A DNA stretch of 64,000 nucleotides from an uncultured Armatimonadetes bacterium. Lineage in GTDB: Bacteria; Armatimonadota; Hebobacteria; Hebobacterales; Hebobacteraceae. The stretch lies in contig OY970296.1 of NCBI GenBank assembly GCA_963716175.1, forward strand, positions 452,031-516,030, in the 5' to 3' direction. A program made the translations under genes and the position numbers. The notes under the pieces were generated by a model. The model had not been told where the DNA came from. It worked only from the letters and a program-made list of their open reading frames with translations, and did no database searches. Position 1 is the stretch's first letter; each line of letters begins with the position of its first letter. Below, piece after piece: positions 50,919-60,538 of the stretch.

Positions 50919-51527
50919 TCATCGCGCCCCTCCTCTTCTCTCCTCCCATCTCTCGCGGGTGAGGTGAAAGCTGAGCCCGTCGTACCAGTCGCCGCGCACC
51001 TCGCGGCACCGGAGATCGCGCTGGATCAGCACGAAGCCGCACTTCTCGGCCACGCGCACCATGCGCAGGTTTCCGGACCAAGTCGCGGTATGAATGCTGG
51101 CAAAGTTGACTTGAGTGAACAGGTAGTCCATCCACAACCGAAAGGCCTCAGTGCCGAGGCCTCGGCCCCAGTAGGCGGACTCGCAGATATCCACGCCGAT
51201 CCAGATGGTGCGCTCGGCCGGATCATAATGGTAGGAGTTGACCCAGCCAAGGAGCGGGCCGCCAATCGCCTGGATCCAGAGCTGCTTGCGGGGGGTGGGA
51301 AGCGGCTCGACCAGCTTCTCCAGGAAGCGGATTCGGGCCGCCTCGTGCTGCTCCGGCGGATCGGGAGAAGAGACACTCTTGCCCTCCCAAGGGGCATCCC
51401 AATCCTGCCAGATAGTCTCTACCGTATACCAGCGGCACCGCGCGTCGAAGTCCTCGGGAAGGGCATCGCGCAGCAGTACCCTCCGGCCCCGGATCTCGAT
51501 CCGGCCGGTGTCTCCGCTTAGAGGCAT
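50919..51527 (-). CDS. GNAT-family N-acetyltransferase (RimJ/RimL-like)
   Basis: Acetyl-CoA-binding motif region WGRGLGTEAFRLWMDYLF. Confidence 0.8.
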   Translation of the reverse strand: MPLSGDTGRIEIRGRRVLLRDALPEDFDARCRWYTVETIWQDWDAPWEGKSVSSPDPPEQHEAARIRFLEKLVEPLPTPRKQLWIQAIGGPLLGWVNSYHYDPAERTIWIGVDICESAYWGRGLGTEAFRLWMDYLFTQVNFASIHTATWSGNLRMVRVAEKCGFVLIQRDLRCREVRGDWYDGLSFHLTRERWEERRGGAR

Positions 51528-52432
51528 TACCTTCCTCCCATCTCCAGGAAGCTCTTCAGCCGCTGAGCGTCAACGGCGCCGGCGCGCACCGCTGCGGTCA
51601 GCGCACAGCCCTCCTCCCCTCCGTGGCCACAGTTGGAGAACCGGCAGTGGCCCAGATAGGGCCGGAGATCGGGAAAGGCGGCGGCCACCTGATCCGGCGA
51701 GACTTCCCACAGGGCGAGCTGTCGCAGCCCTGGGGTGTCGGCGATCCATCCGCCGAAAGGAAGCTGAAGGTAGGTGATAGAGGTGGTGGTGTGCCTTCCT
51801 TTGTGGGTCACCTCCCCTACTTCCCCTGTGCGCAGACGCAGACCGGGAGCGATGGTGTTGAGCAGTGACGACTTGCCCACGCCAGAGGGCCCGATGATCA
51901 CCGATCTGCGGTCCTTCAGCAGCTCCCGCAGCCCGCCCGTCCCCTCGCCCCGCAGGGCAGAGGTGTAGAGCAGGTGATCGGCCACTCGCTGATAGGTGAC
52001 GATGCGCTGGCGGAGCCAGGAGGGCGGCGCCAGATCGCACTTGTTGATGCACACCACCCGGCGCAGGCCGGCCGCGGTCGCCACCACCAGCAACCGGTCG
52101 AGCATGGAGAAGTCGGGGCGCGGCTCAGCCGCCGCGAACACGATGATCGCCTGGTCCACATTCGCCGCGAGCGTCTGCTGGAGCGGCTCATTGCCGGCCG
52201 CGGTGCGAGAGAAGTCAGAGCCGCGCGGCAGCACTTGCTCGATCACGCCGCGATCGCACTCCAGCAGGCTGACATTCACCCGGTCGCCGGCAGCGACCGG
52301 CGCCGCCTTCCGGCGCTTATCTTTCTTCAGTTTTCCTCGCAGCACGCAGCGCACCACGCGCTGGTTCAACAGCACATCGAAAACCGCCCCGTGATTCTCG
52401 ATCACGGTCCCTTCGAGCAACTGATTGGTCAA
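51527..52432 (-). CDS. rsgA: Ribosome small-subunit-dependent GTPase A (RsgA/YjeQ)
   Basis: Circularly permuted GTPase: NKCDL (G4) comes before GPSGVGKSSLLN (G1); N-terminal OB fold; C-terminal zinc finger CRFSNCGHGGEEGC. Confidence 0.9.
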   Translation of the reverse strand: MTNQLLEGTVIENHGAVFDVLLNQRVVRCVLRGKLKKDKRRKAAPVAAGDRVNVSLLECDRGVIEQVLPRGSDFSRTAAGNEPLQQTLAANVDQAIIVFAAAEPRPDFSMLDRLLVVATAAGLRRVVCINKCDLAPPSWLRQRIVTYQRVADHLLYTSALRGEGTGGLRELLKDRRSVIIGPSGVGKSSLLNTIAPGLRLRTGEVGEVTHKGRHTTTSITYLQLPFGGWIADTPGLRQLALWEVSPDQVAAAFPDLRPYLGHCRFSNCGHGGEEGCALTAAVRAGAVDAQRLKSFLEMGGR

Positions 52433-52443
52433 CTGGTCTTCCT

Positions 52444-52468
52444 CTCTGTCTAGGTAGGGCAGGTCCGG
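52444..52468. repeat. REP-like palindrome GGTAGGGCAGGTCC-g-GGACCTGCCC just upstream of rsgA
   Basis: 10-bp arms, nearly perfect palindrome. Confidence 0.6.
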
Positions 52469-52702
52469 GACCTGCCCGATTGGTCAGGCCAAAGCAAACG
52501 CCACAGGCCTCTCGGCCTGTGGCGGTAGATCGGCGTTCCGCTGACGAAAGGCGTCAGCGCGCTATCGCGTCCTCAGGCATAGGAGGCAGGTGGTGAGCTA
52601 TTGGGTATAGGATGTAGGTGTTCTTGGTCATCTCACACCCCCTCCTTTCCTGGGGAATGCACTGCCAGCCGAGCGACAGTATACGCGCTGCGCCCAGCCT
52701 CG

Positions 52703-53308
52703 TCAAGGCCTTCCCTCTGTGTCTTGCAGTCGTCGAAAGGCCTGATAGTCCGGCTTGTCGTAGGGCGTCCCCAGACCGGTGATGAAGCTTGGCACGCCGA
52801 CCGGCCGCCGGCCTTCCAGCAGGTCGCGGGCCAGGGCACGCAGTTCGGAGGGGAAGAGCGGCTCGTGCTCGATCTGCTCCAGAGTCACCCACTCGGCTGT
52901 GGCACCGCGGATGTCATCAGGCCTGGGGTCTGCCGAAGCGCTCGGGGAGAGCTCGGCCCACAGGTACGCCTCAAGCCCATAGGCGTGGCCAGGGCACGGT
53001 CCCTTCTCCTGCTCGAATCCCCACGCCTCCACCTCTGCTCTCATCTCTTCCAGAGACACCATCTTCGGTATCACCCACTCGCGCAGGAACGCGACCGACC
53101 GAACTCTGACCTGGAGGCCGGTCTCCTCCAATACCTCCCGCTGGCCGCACTCATAGAGGCTTTCGTTCGGCTCCAGGCCTCCGCCAGGTAAGCACCGGTA
53201 GGGATCGCGACCGCTGCCGTCCGGCAGCGGTGGGAACAAGAGCATTCGCCCATTCCGCAAGATGATCACTCGCGTTCGCACATTGCGATAGATGTTGTGG
53301 GTGAACAT
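52703..53308 (-). CDS. NUDIX hydrolase
   Basis: Nudix box GGGLEPNESLYECGQREVLEETGL (GX5EX7REUXEEXGU). Confidence 0.85.
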   Translation of the reverse strand: MFTHNIYRNVRTRVIILRNGRMLLFPPLPDGSGRDPYRCLPGGGLEPNESLYECGQREVLEETGLQVRVRSVAFLREWVIPKMVSLEEMRAEVEAWGFEQEKGPCPGHAYGLEAYLWAELSPSASADPRPDDIRGATAEWVTLEQIEHEPLFPSELRALARDLLEGRRPVGVPSFITGLGTPYDKPDYQAFRRLQDTEGRP

Positions 53309-53320
53309 GTCGGATCAGTT

Positions 53321-53383
53321 TCGTAGGGCAGGAGCCTGCCTCCTGCCCCCTTCTCTGTAGGGCGGGCATGCCTATGCCCGCCG
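53321..53383. repeat. Two adjacent REP-like palindromes: TCGTAGGGCAGGAG-cctgc-CTCCTGCCC and TGTAGGGCGGGCAT-gcct-ATGCCCGCC
   Basis: The first matches the 37257 copy and the second the 37303/47516 copies, which links the two sub-families. Confidence 0.65.
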
Positions 53384-53457
53384 CGGGGTACGACCATCAT
53401 GGCGGGTAAGGTTCACCCGCTTGCTGTGCGGACACGGCCGCAGGCTGGGAGCCTGCG

Positions 53458-54225
53458 CTACTGAAGCCCGCCCCACTGCGGCTTCCGCGCCTTCCAGATG
53501 ATGGTCGCCGGGACCATGCGCTGGCGCGCCGGGGAGTAGTAGTCGCCCCAGTCCTGGCCGCTGCCCTGGTCCACCGGCTCCGGCTCGATGATGTCCAGCA
53601 CCTCCAAACCGGCCGCTCGCAGCAATCGGAACCACTCGCCAACAGTGCGCTGAAACTGGGCGACGCGGGGGTGGGACTTCATCCCTTTCTGCTCCCAGGT
53701 GTAGGAATAGGCGGTATCGAAGTAGCTGCTCTCGATCCGCAGCTCATCGTCTGCCAGGCAGTACCAGAACGGGTGGTCCAGGCTGAAGACGAACAGCCCC
53801 CCCGGCCGCAGCACCCGCGCCACCTCCGCGAAGCACCGGGCGATGTGCTCGACGTACATGAGAGCGTAGGCCGAGAAGACGATGTCCTGGCTCGCGTCTG
53901 CGAGGGCCGACAGGTCGTCGGCTGAGCCCTGCAGGAAGGTCGCCTCTACCCCATTGTCGGCGGCCAGCTTGCGGCCAAACTCAATCTGGGCATCAGACAG
54001 ATCGAGGCCGGTGGCGATGGCGCCGCGCTTGGCGAAGGCGATGCTGCACTGCCCTCCTCCGCAGCCGATTTCCACCACACGTTTCCCGCGTACATCGCCG
54101 ATCAACTGAAGCTGATCCTCGTTCGGGCAGTGCGGGCCATAGTGCACGAAATCGGTCGGGATCTTATGCTCGGCCTGGTAGTGAGGCGAGATCTTATTCC
54201 AGGCCTTGCGCATGTCAATTCGCAT
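53458..54225 (-). CDS. Class I SAM-dependent methyltransferase
   Basis: Motif I VVEIGCGGGQ; motif post-I GLDLSD. Confidence 0.8.
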   Translation of the reverse strand: MRIDMRKAWNKISPHYQAEHKIPTDFVHYGPHCPNEDQLQLIGDVRGKRVVEIGCGGGQCSIAFAKRGAIATGLDLSDAQIEFGRKLAADNGVEATFLQGSADDLSALADASQDIVFSAYALMYVEHIARCFAEVARVLRPGGLFVFSLDHPFWYCLADDELRIESSYFDTAYSYTWEQKGMKSHPRVAQFQRTVGEWFRLLRAAGLEVLDIIEPEPVDQGSGQDWGDYYSPARQRMVPATIIWKARKPQWGGLQ

Positions 54226-54236
54226 ATCAGCCTCCG

Positions 54237-55076
54237 TCACAGCTTCACCGCCACCACTCGCCCATCGCCCATCTCGCCCGATTGCCACTGGGCGATATCG
54301 GTGTGCAGGCTTTGATAGGCCTTCCCCACCCAGGCCTCGCCCATCAGCTTGCGATAGCGCCCTTCCTGCTCCTCCAGCTTTCGCCTAGCAGGGAGCCAGC
54401 CGCACTCCAGATCGAACCCCGAGATGTCCTCGGCGCTGATCACCCGATACCCCATGTGCGTGACCCTCTCAGCCACCTCGTCAAGGGAGAGAAGTCCGGG
54501 ATCCCTGCTGGCCGCGCGGCGGATGATCCCAGTGAAAGCCACCCGTCCGCCTGGTACCAGGAGGCGCGTAATCTCCCTCATCCAGCTCAGGTCCGCCGGG
54601 AAGGTGCACTGCGACCAGGCCACAGTGAAGGAAGTATCGGGCAAGGGCACTGCCTCCACGCTGCCGCAGATGAAACTCACCTTGTCATCTGAACGACGGA
54701 GGCGCGTCAGCCGCTTGGCTACCGCGACATGCACGGGCGAGATATCAACACCCACCACCGTGCAGCCGTAATCGCGCGCCAACTGCCGCGCCGGCCCGCC
54801 CACGTAGCAGGCGAGATCCACCACCCGATCGGCCGCGGTGAGGCGCACCAGTTCCGCCATCCGCGTGGTATCCTCCGCGCCTCCGAGATGGTACTGCTCG
54901 CCCAGCAGAATGGCGTCAACGGACTCGTGATTATGCGGCAGCAAGCCGGCGGCCAGCAGCGGTTCGAGCAGTGCGGCGATCTGCTGCTCCGTATCTCCAG
55001 CCAGCTCCAGGCGCCAGCCCTCAATCAGCTTCTGGACCCTTCTCACCTCGGCCCCTTCTGTTGCCGCGCCGCTCAT
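54237..55076 (-). CDS. Class I SAM-dependent methyltransferase
   Basis: VVDLACYVGGPARQLA (motif I variant), VGVDISP, LLVPGGRVAFT. Confidence 0.7.
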   Translation of the reverse strand: MSGAATEGAEVRRVQKLIEGWRLELAGDTEQQIAALLEPLLAAGLLPHNHESVDAILLGEQYHLGGAEDTTRMAELVRLTAADRVVDLACYVGGPARQLARDYGCTVVGVDISPVHVAVAKRLTRLRRSDDKVSFICGSVEAVPLPDTSFTVAWSQCTFPADLSWMREITRLLVPGGRVAFTGIIRRAASRDPGLLSLDEVAERVTHMGYRVISAEDISGFDLECGWLPARRKLEEQEGRYRKLMGEAWVGKAYQSLHTDIAQWQSGEMGDGRVVAVKL

Positions 55077-55975
55077 TTTGCCTTCAATTCCTTGCGGAAG
55101 CTAAAGGTGCGGTCCAGGAAGCGATAGCCCACGTTGGTGTAGCAGAGGGCGGCGCGGTGATTGTCGTGATCGGTGCTGATGATGGCGTGCCGGCAGCCGA
55201 CGTTTCGCATCTCCTGCAGCGACTGCGCGAGCAGATACTTGCCCAGCCCTTGCCCGCGGAATGGCTCCTCGACAAACAGGTGGTCGCAGAAGCACCACTG
55301 CTGAAGCTCCGGCCGCCACGAGCCATAGCCCAGCCAGTTCATGGTGGAGTGGCCCATCTCGCACCCCACCTGCATCGCCCGCACCGTCACGCCAGGCCCC
55401 ATCGGGCTTTCTTCATGCCAATCGCTGGAGACCTCGAACTCTATGGGCGGCCTGGCGACGGAGGGTGCCTCGAAGTCCGGCCACTCGAAGAATACCTCGC
55501 TCTCCTCCACCCGGTATCCGGCCATGCCGAACAGGGGAGGCAGATGACAGATGCGCTCGGACAGGTGCCCGTAGGGAAGATGGTAGGACGGGTACAGGTA
55601 GTCCCAGTGCCCGGCAATGATCTCCGATCGCGCCTTCTCCCGCAGCCAGGACTCCGCGGCCTCAAGCAGCGCGGCCCCCACGGCCCTCTGCCCGGGACGG
55701 TAGGCAAGGAAGCGAATCACCCCCGGCTCGCCTTTGACATGCCAGTCCTCTGTCGCGGGCGCGGCCACGCCCAGATGGACGAAGCCCGCGATCTCCCCGC
55801 CGCGCTCCCGGGCCACCAGTATCTCTTCTTGGGAGCATGGCTGCCGCGCCAGCCGCGCGGGGTCGCGGAACCAGCCCTCCCCTATCGGCCCGCAGTGCGG
55901 CGCTGGCGCTACCAGTTCGTTGTAGCAGCGCGCCACGCCCGCGGCCATGCCAGGCTCAAAAGCAACGATCTCCAT
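55073..55975 (-). CDS. Tandem-GNAT acetyltransferase (two acyl-CoA N-acyltransferase halves)
   Basis: The C-terminal half has FRGQGLGKYLLAQSLQEM; the N-terminal half is GNAT-like. Similar in style to mycothiol synthase or aminoglycoside acetyltransferase architectures. Confidence 0.65.
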   Translation of the reverse strand: MEIVAFEPGMAAGVARCYNELVAPAPHCGPIGEGWFRDPARLARQPCSQEEILVARERGGEIAGFVHLGVAAPATEDWHVKGEPGVIRFLAYRPGQRAVGAALLEAAESWLREKARSEIIAGHWDYLYPSYHLPYGHLSERICHLPPLFGMAGYRVEESEVFFEWPDFEAPSVARPPIEFEVSSDWHEESPMGPGVTVRAMQVGCEMGHSTMNWLGYGSWRPELQQWCFCDHLFVEEPFRGQGLGKYLLAQSLQEMRNVGCRHAIISTDHDNHRAALCYTNVGYRFLDRTFSFRKELKAK

Positions 55976-56234
55976 CTCAGTTTTCTCCTCCCACAAGGTC
56001 GGACGCGCCTGCCTCTCACCACCCGGAATTCCCAGTGGCGTGAAGCAGGCGCGTCAAGGGCTGAGGTCGCGTTTCTCCTGCGCGCGGCTATGGTTCTGTC
56101 GCTGGTCAGCCGCCGGGATTATCCCGGATCAGACGCTGTCGGTCAAGAGGCCGAACCATCGCGCGACGGGCAGGAATGGAGCGGACTGCGCCCGAAAGGT
56201 CTTCGGGGATTCTGAACTGGAAGATCGAGCGATG

Positions 56235-57437
56235 AACTCCTTGCAGCGACTGCTGTCCTTGAGTGCGGCGGAGAAGGCGCGCCTCGGCATCGAGGCCACT
56301 CCCGCCGAGATTGCCCAGCAACCGGAGATGTGGCGCGACACGGCCCGCCGCTTCGCGGCAGCCGCGCCCGACATCCGCAAGCTCCTGGCGCAGATCGGGC
56401 TTCCCGGCGGCTCATCGGAGATCATCTTCAGCGGGGCCGGCACGTCGGATTTCGTCGGCCGGTGCGTGCAGGGCCCGGTCAGCGCCGCGCTGGCCACCCG
56501 CGGGATCGCCTGCCCCACTACCGACATCGTCACCCATCCCGAGTACGCCTTCCCCGCCGACCGGCCCGCGCTGATGGTCTCGTTCGCCCGCTCGGGCAAC
56601 AGCCCGGAGAGCGTCGCCGCCCTCGATATCGCGGTGGCCGAACGACCGCAGACCCGCCACCTTGTGATCACCTGCAATGAGCAGGGCGAGCTGGCGCGCA
56701 GGGCCCGCCAGCTCGCGGATCGCGCCTTCTGCCTGGCGCTCGACCCTCGCACCAACGACCGCGGCCTCGCCATGACTAGTGCTTTCACCTCTATGGTCGT
56801 CGCCGGCCTCGGCCTCGCGTACCTATATCAGACCGAGGACTACCTGGCACTGGTCGAGCGTCTGGCCGATGCAGGAGAATGCGTCCTCCGGCTCGCGCCC
56901 GACATCACGCAGTCACTCATCAAGCGCAGGCCGCGCCGGGCCTGCTTCCTCGGGTCCGGTGCGCTCTACGGCGCCGCGGTCGAGTCCCACCTCAAGCTTC
57001 AGGAGCTGACGGATGGGAATATCATCTGCCTCTGCGACACCTTCCTCGGCATTCGTCACGGCCCCCGCGCCGCCATTCATGACGACACCCTTGTGGTCTG
57101 CTTTCTCTCTTCCGACTCCTATGTCCGGCGCTACGAGCTGGATCTGGTCCGCGGCAATCGCCAGCAGAAGGTGGGCCTCGCGCATCTCGTGATCGCCGAC
57201 CGTGCGGACGACGAACTCACCGGTCTCGCCGACGAGGTCATCGCCTACGACCCGGAGGGGAAGCTGAAACTGCCGGATCACATGCTTCCACCCGCTGCCA
57301 CCATCGTGGGCCAGCTCCTGGGGCTGTTCGCCTCCCTGGACCATGGGCTGAAACCGGACGCGCCCAGCGCCAGCGGCGTCATCAGCCGCGTGGTGCAGGG
57401 TGTGACCATCTACCCGCGGGAGCGGCGCGCCCGATGA
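56235..57437 (+). CDS. SIS-domain sugar isomerase (AgaS/GlmS-C-like double SIS)
   Basis: Two SIS repeats (IIFSGAGTSDFVG ... ALMVSFARSGNSPESV; FLGSGALYGAAVESHLKLQELT). Confidence 0.8.
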   Translation, partial: NSLQRLLSLSAAEKARLGIEATPAEIAQQPEMWRDTARRFAAAAPDIRKLLAQIGLPGGSSEIIFSGAGTSDFVGRCVQGPVSAALATRGIACPTTDIVTHPEYAFPADRPALMVSFARSGNSPESVAALDIAVAERPQTRHLVITCNEQGELARRARQLADRAFCLALDPRTNDRGLAMTSAFTSMVVAGLGLAYLYQTEDYLALVERLADAGECVLRLAPDITQSLIKRRPRRACFLGSGALYGAAVESHLKLQELTDGNIICLCDTFLGIRHGPRAAIHDDTLVVCFLSSDSYVRRYELDLVRGNRQQKVGLAHLVIADRADDELTGLADEVIAYDPEGKLKLPDHMLPPAATIVGQLLGLFASLDHGLKPDAPSASGVISRVVQGVTIYPRERRAR

Positions 57438-58102
57438 TCCAGGCCGTGCTGTTCGATATGGATGGGCTGATGGTGGACACCGAGCCCATTCACTTCCAGG
57501 CCTTCCGCGCCATGATGGGAGAGTACGGCTACGAAATCGTCGAAGACCTGATGCCAGGCTTCGTGGGCTTTCCGGAGGCCGATAACATCCGCGACCTGAA
57601 GCGCATTTACCATCTGGACGCCCCCCCACAGGAGATGGCGGCCCGCCGCTATGCCATCTTCATGCAGCTCATCAGGACCGAGCCCTTCAGTGTCTTCGCG
57701 GGATTCTGGGAGCTGTCGGAAGAGGCGCGCCGCCGTGGCCTCAAGCTGGCCGTGGTCTCGTCGAGCACCGCGGAGCAGGTGGAGGTGATCCTGCGTCGCC
57801 TCTTCGCCACTCGGCCCGAGCTGGGTGCCCCTGAGGGCTACTTCCAGGCCATCGTCACCGGCGACGACATCGCGCGCAACAAGCCCGCGCCGGACATCTA
57901 CCTGCTGGCAGGGGAACGCCTGGCGGTCCCGCCGGGCCGGTGCCTGGTATTCGAGGACACTCCGCCTGGCGTGGAGTCCGCGGTAGCGGCGGGGATGATC
58001 GCCGTCGGCGTGCCCAATGATTACAGCCGCAATCTGGACTTCCCCGGCGCCCGCGCGGTTATCGGCAGCTTGCTGGAGGCGGCGCCCTATCTCGACATCT
58101 GA
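57434..58102 (+). CDS. HAD-IA hydrolase (beta-phosphoglucomutase / sugar phosphatase-like)
   Basis: Motif I VLFDMDGLMVDTE, motif II SSST, motif III/IV K...FEDTPPGVESAVAAGM. Confidence 0.85.
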   Translation: MIQAVLFDMDGLMVDTEPIHFQAFRAMMGEYGYEIVEDLMPGFVGFPEADNIRDLKRIYHLDAPPQEMAARRYAIFMQLIRTEPFSVFAGFWELSEEARRRGLKLAVVSSSTAEQVEVILRRLFATRPELGAPEGYFQAIVTGDDIARNKPAPDIYLLAGERLAVPPGRCLVFEDTPPGVESAVAAGMIAVGVPNDYSRNLDFPGARAVIGSLLEAAPYLDI

Positions 58103-58117
58103 AGTGTTGGAGGAACT

Positions 58118-59056
58118 GTGCCGTCCGTCGCCATCATCGGTGAGCTCAACCTGGACCTGATCGTGACCGGCGCGCCCGGCCTGCCGGAGCCCGGCCTGGA
58201 GAAGCTGGTCGAGGGGATGGAGCTAACCCTGGGCAGCTCCTCCGCCATCATCGCCGCCCAGTTCGCGCGGCTGGGCGATGATGTGCTCTTCATCAGCAAA
58301 GTGGGGGGCGATGACTTCGGCCGCCGGGCGCTGGAGTTCCTGCGCAGCATCGGCGTGCCCACCGGCGCCGTTGCCGTCCAGCCGCCCCTACGGAGCGGCC
58401 TGACGATCTCGATTGCGGTCGCCGGCGAGCGCGCCATGCTCACTCAACTGGGCTGCATCGAGGAGATGCGCTGGCAGGATGTGGACTTCGATCTCCTGCG
58501 CGGCCGCCAGCACCTGCACATCAGCTCCTTCTACCTCCAGCGCAACCTGCGCCCGGACATCGGCCGCATCTTCGCGCGCGCCCACCAGATCGGCCTCACC
58601 ACCTCCCTCGATACCGGCTGGCCCAGCGGGGGCGAGGTCAACGGCAACCTGGAGAGCTGCTGGCCGCACCTCGATGTCTTCCTGCCCAATGAAGTGGAGG
58701 CGATGCATCTCACCGGGCGCGACTCCGTGGAAGAGGCGCTGGAGGTGTTGGGCCAGCGTGTGCCCACCGCGGTGGTCAAGCTGGGCGCCAGTGGCGCCAT
58801 TGCCCGCCAGGGAGAGCGGATCGCCCGGCGCGCTGCCTTCGCAGTAGACGTGGTCGAGACCACCGGGGCCGGCGATTCGTTCAACGGCGGCTTCCTCCAC
58901 GGTTACCTGTCCCGCGTCGACCTCACCGATTGCCTCGACCTGGGCCTGGCTTGTGGCGGGTTGTCCACCCGCGCGGCTGGAGGCACAACCTCACAAGCCA
59001 CGCTCGCGGAGGCGATGCGGTTCATCCACACCGCCCCACGGCGGGCCGCGGCGTAG
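58118..59056 (+). CDS. PfkB-family carbohydrate kinase (ribokinase/fructokinase-like)
   Basis: N-terminal GELNLDL and C-terminal VVETTGAGDSFNGGFLHG (the PfkB signature). Confidence 0.85.
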   Translation: MPSVAIIGELNLDLIVTGAPGLPEPGLEKLVEGMELTLGSSSAIIAAQFARLGDDVLFISKVGGDDFGRRALEFLRSIGVPTGAVAVQPPLRSGLTISIAVAGERAMLTQLGCIEEMRWQDVDFDLLRGRQHLHISSFYLQRNLRPDIGRIFARAHQIGLTTSLDTGWPSGGEVNGNLESCWPHLDVFLPNEVEAMHLTGRDSVEEALEVLGQRVPTAVVKLGASGAIARQGERIARRAAFAVDVVETTGAGDSFNGGFLHGYLSRVDLTDCLDLGLACGGLSTRAAGGTTSQATLAEAMRFIHTAPRRAAA

Positions 59057-59189
59057 GGGCGCAATTCATTGCGCCCAGAGGACGGCTGGGCGTGATGAAT
59101 CACACCCCTACAGGTCTCTGTTGCCCTGCTGCTCGTTCTCCATTAGAATGTCACCAGTCCTGCGCAAGCGCGCGGCAAGGGGCGGTGCT

Positions 59190-60458
59190 ATGCAAGCCAT
59201 CTTCCTCATCATTGGCATACTGGTCGGGGCAGCGGTGGGGTGGTTGTGGGCGAACTGGCGCGGGGCGGGGCGCCTGCAGGCCGAACGGGAGCGACTCGGG
59301 GCGGCTCAGGCCGAGGCCGAGACGAGGGCGCAGGCCGAGCGCGAGCAGCGCGTCGCCGCCGAGACCCGGCTTCAAGAGGTGGGAAAGCAGCTCACCGATC
59401 GGGACACTCTGATCGCTGCGGCAAAACAACAGCTTGCTGACACCTTCAGAGCGTTGTCTTCTGATGCCCTGCGCGACAACAGCCAGGCCTTCGTGGAGCG
59501 AGCGGAGCAGTCTCTCGAACCGGTGAGGGAGACGCTGAGGCGCTACGAAGACCAGATACGCTCACTGGAAGGGCTCAACCGAGAGGTCTATGGGAACATC
59601 AGCCGCCAAGTGACAAGTCTGCTAACGAGCGAGCAGCAGTTGCAGCGAGAGACGGTTAACCTCGTCAACGCGTTACGACGGCCGCATGTGCGCGGTAAGT
59701 GGGGCGAGTTGACCTTGCATCGCGCGGTTGAACTGGCAGGGATGTCAGAGCACGTAGACTACCTTGAGCAAGTGACCTCTTCGGCCGACAGCGGGAGGAT
59801 CCGGCCCGACATGGTCGTCACACTTCCGAACGGAAGGCAGGTGCTGGTGGATGTAAAGACTCCCCTTGACGCCTATCTCACCGCGTTGGAAGCCAGCTCG
59901 GAAGAGGAACGAAAGGCCTGTCTATTGCGGCACTGCCAGCAGATTCGCCAGCATATGAACGCATTGGCAGGCAAGTCGTATTGGGAAGGGTTCAGATCGG
60001 CTGCTGATTTCGTGGTGATGTTCATACCGGGCGAGTCCTTCCTCTGCGAAGCGGCCGCCAGCGACCCGGCCCTGCTGGATGACGGCGCACAGAAGAACGT
60101 CATCCTTGCAACTCCCACTACTTTCATTGCCCTGTTGCGAGCCATAAACTTGGGCTGGAGGGAGGAAAGGCTCGCCAAGAACGCTGAGAAGATCAGTGAA
60201 GCGGGCCGACAGCTTTACGACGGGGTTCGCACTTTCACTGATCATCTTCTGGAGGTGGGCCAAAGGCTAGACACTGCTGCCAAGTCATATAACAAGGCGA
60301 TTGCCTCGCTCATGAGCCGCGTCTTACCGAGGGCACGCAGGCTCCGGGAACTGGACGCCGGAACCGGCGCGGATTTGCCGGAACCGGCGCTGATAGAGAC
60401 TCAAGTCCGGTATCTGGAGAGACCAGAGGAGCCAGAGGAGCCCGCACAAGGCCCGTGA
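59190..60458 (+). CDS. rmuC: DNA recombination protein RmuC
   Basis: N-terminal TM, long coiled coil and C-terminal RmuC nuclease-like region (VRGKWGELTLHRAVELAGM...FVVMFIPGESF...ILATPTTFIALL). Start at the internal Met of the 501-aa ORF. Confidence 0.85.
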   Translation: MQAIFLIIGILVGAAVGWLWANWRGAGRLQAERERLGAAQAEAETRAQAEREQRVAAETRLQEVGKQLTDRDTLIAAAKQQLADTFRALSSDALRDNSQAFVERAEQSLEPVRETLRRYEDQIRSLEGLNREVYGNISRQVTSLLTSEQQLQRETVNLVNALRRPHVRGKWGELTLHRAVELAGMSEHVDYLEQVTSSADSGRIRPDMVVTLPNGRQVLVDVKTPLDAYLTALEASSEEERKACLLRHCQQIRQHMNALAGKSYWEGFRSAADFVVMFIPGESFLCEAAASDPALLDDGAQKNVILATPTTFIALLRAINLGWREERLAKNAEKISEAGRQLYDGVRTFTDHLLEVGQRLDTAAKSYNKAIASLMSRVLPRARRLRELDAGTGADLPEPALIETQVRYLERPEEPEEPAQGP

Positions 60459-60468
60459 CGGCCGTGGT

Positions 60469-60498
60469 TCGTAGGGGAGCCCCTCTGCGGGCTCCCGG
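60469..60498. repeat. REP-like palindrome TTCGTAGGGGAGCCC-ctctgc-GGGCTCCC between convergent genes
   Basis: Shares the TTCGTAGGGGAG head with the copy at 48428. Confidence 0.55.
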
Positions 60499-60538
60499 CC
60501 GGAGCGTGAGGGCGGCAGATAAGCTCCTGCCGCACGGG

